DNA of 64,000 bases from Bacilli bacterium (GTDB taxonomy: Bacteria > Bacillota_I > Bacilli_A > RF39 > UBA660): assembly GCA_900771805.1 (NCBI GenBank), contig CAAGPL010000045.1, forward strand, positions 90 through 64,089, given 5' to 3'. A program made the position numbers and the translations under genes. How positions within the stretch are numbered: the stretch's first letter is position 1; every line of letters starts with the position of its first letter. This document shows positions 53,892 to 60,599 of the stretch, piece by piece. The notes beneath the pieces were generated by a model, which was given only the letters and a program-made list of their open reading frames with translations, was not told the origin of the DNA and did not search any database.

Positions 53892-55469
53892 TTAATATAA
53901 TTTAATATTTTTTGTTTTTCCTACACCAAATTTAAATATTATTTCTATTGTATTATCTTTATTAATGATAACTTTTTTTATTAAACTTCTTATATATTCT
54001 TTATCCATTATATCTTTTTTTATAAATTTATTATAAATATCTATTAGCTCATTTTTCTTTTCTTCACAGTTCATTTCTTCTATTAATTCTTTCAAATTAA
54101 ATTCTAGCTTTTCCTTTTCTAAAGATATATCCTTTTTTCTTTTAATAAATTCCTCTAGACTAATATCGCCCTTTGTTTTAGAAAGATATATACCTTTAAG
54201 CCTCATATCACAATTTTCTATTGCTTTATTTATATTTTCAATCTTCATCTTTGGTCTGTGTTTTTGATTAACTTCCTTCATGACGTCATTTATCGCATCA
54301 TCAGAATTAACATAAACTTTGATCAAATCCTTTATATTATCTTCCAAAATTGTTCTTAATTTAGAATCATATAAAGTTCTATTATCACATTTTTTTCTGT
54401 TTATTGTTTTATTACAAGAAAAATAATATACCTCTTTCCCATTTTTCGTTTTTCGGCAAGCAGTCATTTCATTGCCACAGCATCCGCAAAAAACTAATCC
54501 TTTTAATGTACCATCATAATTATTTTTTTGCCTTCTAGCATTACTTTTAAGTTTTGAATTAGCTTCTATAAATAATTCATTACTAACAATTGCAGTATGT
54601 GCATCACTAATTTCTTTTCTATCTCTTATAGGAATCCATTTTCGTTTCTTTTGTCTAAAGTCCTTTTTTTCGCTCTTTCTTACTACGATAGATCCTGTGT
54701 AAGTTTTATTTTTAATTATCCTATATATTATTTTATCAGTCCAATCATAATAATATTTTTTATTTTTGCTTGGAGTAATATTCATATATATAACAGGTGG
54801 TGCAATTTTTTCATTATTTAAAACGTCTGCAACTTCTTTTCTTGACATACCAGATGCGATACTTGAAAATATTCTCTTAACTATACTTGCTGAATACTCA
54901 TCTACTTCTAAAAATCTTTTTTTATCTTTTTTTACTACTTTATAGCCATATGGTGCTGTAAAACCAATAAATTCTTTATTATTCGTTTTAGTAAGTGATA
55001 CTTGTTTTCTTTTAATAGAAGTATCTCTTACATGTTGACTATTTATAACGGATTTTATTTGCACAAGACTATTTTTTTGAAAGTCACTAGGATTATTAGA
55101 ATCGTAGCAATCATCAATTGCTATAAATCTAATATTATATTTTGGAAAGTACTCGCTTATATAGTAGACTGTATCAATAAAATCTCTACCTAATCTTGAT
55201 ATATCTTTAGTTATTACTGTATCAATTAAGCCGGCTTGAATATCTGAAATAAGTTTTTCAAATGCTGGTCTTTCAAAATTGATGCCTGAATAACCATCAT
55301 CAATATATTCTTTATTAATATGAAAGTTCATCTTCTTAGCATATTCATTCATTATACTAATTTGATTATAAATACTCTCTGAATAATCATTTTTAACGTT
55401 TGAATCTTTATTCGATAACCTTGCGTATGACACTACCATTTTTTCATTAATCATTGTTTGACTCTCCAT
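53892..55469 (-). CDS. Large serine recombinase (SpoIVCA/phage integrase type), junction-proximal
   Basis: 525 aa. VVSYARLS catalytic Ser, DDGYSG, KDISRLGRD, a recombinase domain, a Zn-ribbon (CGCCG...CNK...C) and a C-terminal coiled coil. Overlaps the upstream recombinase by 23 nt. An alternative ATG at 55454 sits behind ggagag. Confidence 0.9.
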   Translation of the reverse strand: MESQTMINEKMVVSYARLSNKDSNVKNDYSESIYNQISIMNEYAKKMNFHINKEYIDDGYSGINFERPAFEKLISDIQAGLIDTVITKDISRLGRDFIDTVYYISEYFPKYNIRFIAIDDCYDSNNPSDFQKNSLVQIKSVINSQHVRDTSIKRKQVSLTKTNNKEFIGFTAPYGYKVVKKDKKRFLEVDEYSASIVKRIFSSIASGMSRKEVADVLNNEKIAPPVIYMNITPSKNKKYYYDWTDKIIYRIIKNKTYTGSIVVRKSEKKDFRQKKRKWIPIRDRKEISDAHTAIVSNELFIEANSKLKSNARRQKNNYDGTLKGLVFCGCCGNEMTACRKTKNGKEVYYFSCNKTINRKKCDNRTLYDSKLRTILEDNIKDLIKVYVNSDDAINDVMKEVNQKHRPKMKIENINKAIENCDMRLKGIYLSKTKGDISLEEFIKRKKDISLEKEKLEFNLKELIEEMNCEEKKNELIDIYNKFIKKDIMDKEYIRSLIKKVIINKDNTIEIIFKFGVGKTKNIKLY

Positions 55470-57090
55470 TTATATTAAAATTAAAATATATCCTTACTTT
55501 TTTGTTTTTATCAATTGTTATTTTTTTAATAATTTCTCTTAATAAATTACTATCAGGATTTTTAACTTTTAAAAAATTATTGATTATTTTCTTTTTCGTT
55601 TTTTCATCATTAATGTCACTCTTGTCATCGCTTAGCATTCCATTTAAATCTGATATTTTATCTGACAAGATTAATTTTTCATTACTAAGGTCTTTCTTTA
55701 TATTAACAAACTCTTCCGTATTAATAATTCCTGACATCTTGTCTTTATACAAATCACTAATTGCTTTGTCAACATTTTTTAGTTTTACATAGTACTGATC
55801 TAACTCCGCTTGATAATTATTTAGCAAATCTCTATCTTGAAGAGCTAAATCATATGCTTTTGACAATTCTTTATTATCAGAATATTTAATAAGAATTTTC
55901 CTTATTTCATCTAATACTAATTTATTCAAAGCCTCTTCCCTATAATAATGCATAGAACATACATTACTCCTATATGTAGCATAAGTCCTACAACAATATA
56001 CTGCATAAATAGAATTTTTACTTTTTTTAGACTTACTTTTACATCTTCTAACAAGCATAGCCTTTCCACAATCTTCACAAAAAACTAATCCTTTTAACAA
56101 ATAATCATATTTTACATGTCTAATATCTAGTTTAATGCTTTCAGCCAATTTCTTGTTTGCAAGCTCAAAACTTTTCTTATCTATTATAGGTTCATGATTA
56201 TTTTTTTTAATTATCCACATATTTTTAGGTAACAATCTTTTTTTCTTTGATTTCAAACTTACTCTTTTATATTTTCCTTGAATCAAAGTTCCTATATATA
56301 CTTCATTAGTAATGATATTATTAATTGCACTACCCTTCCATAAATTAGTAGTAAAAGTTTTTTTGATTTTCTTATTATTATAAACACTTGGTGGTAATAT
56401 TCCTTCATTCGTTAATGATCTTGCTATCATATTTGGAGACTCACCATTAATTTTCATTTTGAATATTCTTTTTACAATATTAGCTGCATATTCATCAACC
56501 ACTAATTTTCTATTATCATCTTTAGATCTAGCATATCCATATGGAACTGTACTTCCAACAAATAAGCCTTGTTCCATCAAATTATGTCTTACAGAAATTA
56601 TCTTCCTTGATGTTTCCTTTAAAAACATATCATTAATAACAGTCTTTAATGGAATCATATCATCATTACTTCTTGGTTCTTCGGTATCAAATTCGTCCAA
56701 TATTGAAATATATCTAACATCATTTTCAGGAAAGTATTTATATATATATACTCCTGTACCTATAAAATCTCTACCTAATCTTGATGTATCCTTTGTTATT
56801 ACACAATTTATAATTCCGCACTCTATATCATTTATTAATCGTTTGAAGGCTGGTCTTTCAAAATTACCACCCGAATAACCATCATCAACGTAATAATCAT
56901 ATATTTCTATACCGGCTTTTTTTGCATAATCTTTTATGCATTCTTTTTGATTTACTATACTGGAACTCTCACCATCATTATTTTCAGTTATAGATAGTCT
57001 AGCATATCCAGCTGCTTTGTATGATTTTCCTGTTATATCTTGTATCAATTTTGCGTTATCTCCTTTCTGCTTAATAACCATACAAATCAT
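55447..57090 (-). CDS. Large serine recombinase (second, upstream copy)
   Basis: 547 aa. AAGYARLS, DDGYSGGNFERP, KDTSRLGRD, a Cys-rich ribbon (CEDCG...CCR...C) and a coiled-coil tail. No clear RBS before the first ATG. An in-frame TTG behind aaaggag (codon 15) is an alternative start. Confidence 0.9.
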   Translation of the reverse strand: MICMVIKQKGDNAKLIQDITGKSYKAAGYARLSITENNDGESSSIVNQKECIKDYAKKAGIEIYDYYVDDGYSGGNFERPAFKRLINDIECGIINCVITKDTSRLGRDFIGTGVYIYKYFPENDVRYISILDEFDTEEPRSNDDMIPLKTVINDMFLKETSRKIISVRHNLMEQGLFVGSTVPYGYARSKDDNRKLVVDEYAANIVKRIFKMKINGESPNMIARSLTNEGILPPSVYNNKKIKKTFTTNLWKGSAINNIITNEVYIGTLIQGKYKRVSLKSKKKRLLPKNMWIIKKNNHEPIIDKKSFELANKKLAESIKLDIRHVKYDYLLKGLVFCEDCGKAMLVRRCKSKSKKSKNSIYAVYCCRTYATYRSNVCSMHYYREEALNKLVLDEIRKILIKYSDNKELSKAYDLALQDRDLLNNYQAELDQYYVKLKNVDKAISDLYKDKMSGIINTEEFVNIKKDLSNEKLILSDKISDLNGMLSDDKSDINDEKTKKKIINNFLKVKNPDSNLLREIIKKITIDKNKKVRIYFNFNINGESNND

Positions 57091-57127
57091 AAATTATTAT
57101 TAAAAATAAATCGAATGTGCAAATTTA

Positions 57128-57247
57128 TTAATAATTTTTATTTTGCACAATTGACATAACATATTTTTTAAAAATTTCAGTTATAAGCTGATCTATTGGT
57201 TTTCCATTTTCATCATATATACATAATACTAATTCTTCGTTTTCCAT
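57128..57247 (-). CDS. Small ORF (39 aa) with strong RBS
   Basis: gggaggaaaaaATG, then MENEELVLCIYDENGKPIDQLITEIFKKYVMSIVQNKNY. Below the track cut-off. Its stop lies inside the spacer of an 8-bp inverted repeat (57116-57149). Confidence 0.35.
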   Translation of the reverse strand: MENEELVLCIYDENGKPIDQLITEIFKKYVMSIVQNKNY

Positions 57248-57338
57248 TTTTTCCTCCCATTAAACCTATGACCATAATATTTTTTTCATACATAAAAAAA
57301 ATAGGATATTTAATCGTTTTAAAAAAGCATAAATTACC

Positions 57339-57530
57339 CTATCTGTTGATTTTAGATATTTTATATTTTAAATAAAAGTCTTTTCCAAAAATATTCATTA
57401 ATTTACTTTTATCTTTTATATTCTGCTTTAATAAATTATCTATTTTTCTAATTGCATCCCTTTTGTTATATGCATTTACTTTCATACTTGTTTTTTGTAT
57501 AAATTTAACATCAACTAAATAATCTTTCAT
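57339..57530 (-). CDS. Small phage-type protein, paralogue B (63 aa)
   Basis: Shares the pattern MK-[DN]-[YF]-x-[VI]-x-V-[KR]-[FL]...V.A....AI..[IV]...L..N with the upstream ORF. ATGA start/stop overlap with it. Confidence 0.55.
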   Translation of the reverse strand: MKDYLVDVKFIQKTSMKVNAYNKRDAIRKIDNLLKQNIKDKSKLMNIFGKDFYLKYKISKINR

Positions 57531-57751
57531 ACATTCACCCTAACAAATGGAATTGATAAATTTTCTCTTGATCTTGACTTTAATTCTTTCTTTTGAAGTT
57601 TATATTTTATATTATTACTATTATTAATGTTTAAAATATCATTATTTTCGAGTGTGTCTTTTACCATATTAATTGCTGATAATTCATCATCAGCTATCAC
57701 ATTAAAATTAATATTTTTACACAACCTTACTTTTATATTAAAATTTTTCAT
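57527..57751 (-). CDS. Small phage-type protein, paralogue A (74 aa)
   Basis: First gene after a terminator and a structured leader. RBS aaagaaagga. Paralogous to 57339-57530. Confidence 0.55.
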   Translation of the reverse strand: MKNFNIKVRLCKNINFNVIADDELSAINMVKDTLENNDILNINNSNNIKYKLQKKELKSRSRENLSIPFVRVNV

Positions 57752-57893
57752 TACAAAATTCCTTTCTTTTTATTTTAAGAGGGTTTTAGTTTGCCCACAA
57801 CTCCTGTGCCAATAAGGTCACGTTACCTGGCGTTTTTTACTTAGTGACATATCGGTGATTTTCACTAAGGCTAAATTGTCAAAGAACACCCTG
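57752..57893 (-). promoter_or_regulatory. Unusually GC-rich structured leader upstream of the small-protein/recombinase operon
   Basis: Contains TTGACA (57878-57883, minus strand) without a good -10. Also an 8-bp inverted repeat cttagtga/tcactaag (57840-57869) and a gcca..aggt-cacgtt-acct..tggc hairpin (57808-57831). No ORF. Confidence 0.3.
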
Positions 57894-57938
57894 TAACAAA
57901 AAAAACAGGCAAAAGGAAATAATATCCTTTCACCTGTT
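57894..57938 (-). terminator. Rho-independent terminator after the sigma-r4-like regulator gene
   Basis: Minus strand reads aaacaggtgaaagga-tattatt-tccttttgcctgtt followed by T8. Confidence 0.65.
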
Positions 57939-57973
57939 TGTTCACTTAAATGTGATTTAGCAACCTAAATCTC

Positions 57974-58450
57974 TCATTTTTTTGAAATTTTATAAAATTC
58001 TTTTAATTTTTCTAATGCCAATTTCAAACTTTTAGAAATAGATTGATGTGTTGTATTCTCTTCTTCAGCAATCTGATAAATGTTTTTATTTTGAAAATAA
58101 TATTTAATAAGTCTTCTTTTTTGAACTTCTGATAGCTTATTAATGAAATTTAATAAATCCTGATATTCATATTTTTTCAAAATAATATCTTCTAAATTTT
58201 CATGTTTATATACTAATCTTGAATTAATAGTCCATTCATAAATCTCACTATGTTCTATATGTCTTTTGTATTCGTTAATCTCACAAACATCATCAAGTTC
58301 AAATCTATCCATTAAATCAAATACATCTTTTCTTACTTCAATATTTCTTAATATATTTTTACTATCTTTAAACAAAACATAATATTTTTCACCACTTACC
58401 TCTAGAGTATATGGATTATCTTTTTTTCTGCTTCTTTTTGGTCTTTTCAT
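57974..58450 (-). CDS. Sigma-70 region-4 / ArpU-like HTH regulator (mobile-element associated)
   Basis: 158 aa. Basic N-terminus (KRPKRSRKKDNPYTL). C-terminal LSEVQKRRLIKYYFQNKNIYQIAEEENTTHQSISKSLKLALEKLK resembles a sigma region 4 HTH. Confidence 0.6.
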   Translation of the reverse strand: MKRPKRSRKKDNPYTLEVSGEKYYVLFKDSKNILRNIEVRKDVFDLMDRFELDDVCEINEYKRHIEHSEIYEWTINSRLVYKHENLEDIILKKYEYQDLLNFINKLSEVQKRRLIKYYFQNKNIYQIAEEENTTHQSISKSLKLALEKLKEFYKISKK

Positions 58451-58512
58451 TTACCATCCTTTCTATTGATTTTTTTCAATAAAAAGGTGGACCTCTAGAA
58501 AAATAAAAAGAT

Positions 58513-58562
58513 ATAAAAAAAATCCTAGATGGGATTATAAAACTAATACCACATCTAGGATT
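58513..58562 (-). terminator. Rho-independent terminator (11-bp stem)
   Basis: aatcctagatg-(20 nt)-catctaggatt followed by T8 on the minus strand, about 270 nt downstream of the endolysin stop. Confidence 0.65.
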
Positions 58563-58738
58563 TAAAGTTACAAATATAAATAAAAACCAAAACCCACTAA
58601 TCATAGCAGCACACCCATCAATGCCACAACAATTTACTACAATAGTAAAAGTGTATAGATGTACTGCTAAATATCTAAACCTTATACCTAAAAATATTAT
58701 TTACTACTATAAAGGCATTGCTCCTTTTTTTGCTTGCT

Positions 58739-58767
58739 ATTATATATTTTTATGGTATAAATGTAAA
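58739..58767 (-). promoter_or_regulatory. Candidate sigma-A promoter of a short non-coding transcript
   Basis: Minus strand reads TTTACA, 17 nt, TATAAT. The nearest downstream terminator is at 58513-58562, with no credible ORF between them. AT-rich background makes chance matches likely. Confidence 0.3.
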
Positions 58768-58829
58768 TGAGATTTTTCTAATATAAAAAGTATTTTAATA
58801 TTATTTTCAAATGATATATTTCTTCATAT

Positions 58830-59555
58830 TTAATATGAAAAACCATAACTTATTAAAGCTTTTAATGTTTTCGGACCAATTCTACCATCTATTTCATCAT
58901 CATATCTTCCATCTTTTTTCGCTCTTTTTTGAAATTCAATAACCCATTTTTCCAAATATGGTCCAAATAAATTTCCATCCAATACATCATGTGCATCTTT
59001 TTTGTTATTATAAAAATACCCATAATATTGTTCAGCAAAAAAATTGCATATTTTCCCAATGTTTACATGATAATCTCCACGTTTAAAACATATTTTTCCA
59101 TCAAAAAACGAATTATTAGAAGTATTTGTTGAGCAGTTATAATTAAACGTCTCTGGATTTAAATATTTTCCTGTGGATAAATCAACTATTGATAAATGTA
59201 AATGGATACCTGTTGCTTTTCCACTCATACCAGTATATCCAAGTAAAGTTCCCTTTGATACTGTTTGTCCATTATGACAGTTTATACTGGATAAGTGATA
59301 GTGTAACATTTTAACATTAATTCTAGGATATTTTACCCACACATATTTTCCACCTAATTTATCGGTTCCACAACTTAAAACACTTCCATTTTCTATCGCA
59401 TACTGAGGTAATTTTATACCATTCGTTCCATAATCTGTTCCACTATGATAACTACTAGTATATCCTCCTTTAGTATTTATTCTTTTTCTTGTGCCAAACC
59501 CAGATGTCATATAATGAGTTGCGTTCTTGAAAATTAAATTTGTTATGTTACTCAT
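58830..59555 (-). CDS. Endolysin: M23 metallopeptidase with C-terminal PG_binding_1 domain
   Basis: 241 aa. HSGTDY (HxxxD) and GIHLHLS (HxH) M23 motifs. C-terminal ...FQKRAKKDGRYDDEIDGRIGPKTLKAL peptidoglycan-binding repeat. Confidence 0.85.
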   Translation of the reverse strand: MSNITNLIFKNATHYMTSGFGTRKRINTKGGYTSSYHSGTDYGTNGIKLPQYAIENGSVLSCGTDKLGGKYVWVKYPRINVKMLHYHLSSINCHNGQTVSKGTLLGYTGMSGKATGIHLHLSIVDLSTGKYLNPETFNYNCSTNTSNNSFFDGKICFKRGDYHVNIGKICNFFAEQYYGYFYNNKKDAHDVLDGNLFGPYLEKWVIEFQKRAKKDGRYDDEIDGRIGPKTLKALISYGFSY

Positions 59556-59784
59556 CTTCTATTACCTCGTATATAGGTTCTTGATTACTATTATTACTTT
59601 TTGTTTTATCAATTTGATCTTTATTAAAAAAGTATGTTGCTATCATACCCACTACTAGCATAAAATTATCGCTATCAATTCTTCCTGACACAGACAAATA
59701 AAAGAACGCTGCAAATGTAAGCAGCGTTATTATTGATTTTACTTTAAGTAAACTAACTAATGACTTTAATATCATTTCTTTCAT
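59548..59784 (-). CDS. Holin-like protein (two TM helices, charged C-terminus)
   Basis: 78 aa. Overlaps the endolysin start by 8 nt and the upstream ORF by 4 nt. Hydrophobic helices followed by an acidic tail. Confidence 0.65.
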   Translation of the reverse strand: MKEMILKSLVSLLKVKSIITLLTFAAFFYLSVSGRIDSDNFMLVVGMIATYFFNKDQIDKTKSNNSNQEPIYEVIEDE

Positions 59785-60080
59785 TTTCTATCATCCTCCT
59801 TTACATTTGGTAATTCATATAATTTATTAATAATTTTAGTAACCATGCCATTACCACCTAACTTGTGATAATTTTCATACATTTCCTTTAAGTTTTCTTT
59901 CATATAACTTGGGCAATATCCTAATTTTTCTTGTTTATCATAAATTCTAATAATTTCATTTCTTAAAAGAGCAATCATTCCGTTTTTTAACCCTATATAC
60001 TGTTTAAAGATATAAATGATACCAGAAGTAATAGATGTTAATAGTATTTCTATCCAATACTTTATTATAAAATTTATCAT
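59781..60080 (-). CDS. Membrane-anchored lysis-cassette protein
   Basis: 99 aa. N-terminal TM helix, then YMKENLKEMYENYHKLGGNGMV. The family occurs beside holins in Firmicute phages (recollection, not verified). Confidence 0.5.
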   Translation of the reverse strand: MINFIIKYWIEILLTSITSGIIYIFKQYIGLKNGMIALLRNEIIRIYDKQEKLGYCPSYMKENLKEMYENYHKLGGNGMVTKIINKLYELPNVKEDDRK

Positions 60081-60187
60081 AAGTTCACCTCTTCAAATAA
60101 TAAAAAACATAATGATAATAAAATCAAAATGTTTTTTAGATAAGTATTTTTTATTATTTTCTGAGTTAATTTTTTATATGGTTTATC

Positions 60188-60571
60188 TTAACTTATTATA
60201 TAGTTTATTATTTCTTCATCACTTTTTTTTGTTCCATCAGAATTATAATAAATCAACACTGTTTCAATTGCCATTTTTAACATAAACATATACAGTATAA
60301 GTTCACGTCCATAACTTGTATTTTTATATCTATTTATATATACATCTGTTTTTTTTCTCATATCTTTATCGATAGTAAAAATTTCATAATTAAAATCTTT
60401 GACACATCTTGTGAACTTGTCAAATAACCCACTATAATATTCATCAGCCATTTCAAGATTAAGTTCATAAATTGCTAGTGGAGTTTTTCTTTCATTTATA
60501 TTTTTTACAAGATTTAAATCAGATTCATATCTTTTTTTTAAAAGGAACCTTTGTCTTTCTTTTTCATTCAT
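60188..60571 (-). CDS. Putative immunity protein for the RHS C-terminal toxin
   Basis: 127 aa, cytoplasmic-looking. Begins 29 nt after the RHS stop on the same strand. No family recognised, so the call is positional. Confidence 0.5.
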   Translation of the reverse strand: MNEKERQRFLLKKRYESDLNLVKNINERKTPLAIYELNLEMADEYYSGLFDKFTRCVKDFNYEIFTIDKDMRKKTDVYINRYKNTSYGRELILYMFMLKMAIETVLIYYNSDGTKKSDEEIINYIIS

Positions 60572-60599
60572 AAATTTATCTCCTTGTTTATATTTGTTA

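Noticed and set aside
53892-57090. Idea that the two recombinases mark two separate nested elements.
   Set aside because: The genes overlap by 23 nt with no intervening att-like spacer, which argues for one operon. This cannot be fully excluded without the distal end of the element.
57780-57900. The GC-rich patch upstream of the small-protein genes was checked as a possible tRNA or tRNA fragment (a common att target).
   Set aside because: No cloverleaf, no GTTCRANYC T-loop and no acceptor-stem complementarity. It is reported only as a structured leader.
58476-58604. Hydrophobic 42-aa minus-strand ORF (MISGFWFLFIFVTLN...) that looked like a type I toxin in the prophage.
   Set aside because: The frame reads straight through the 11-bp-stem terminator and its T run before reaching a stop, so a terminated transcript would lack the stop codon. 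The RBS is weak. It is more likely non-coding.
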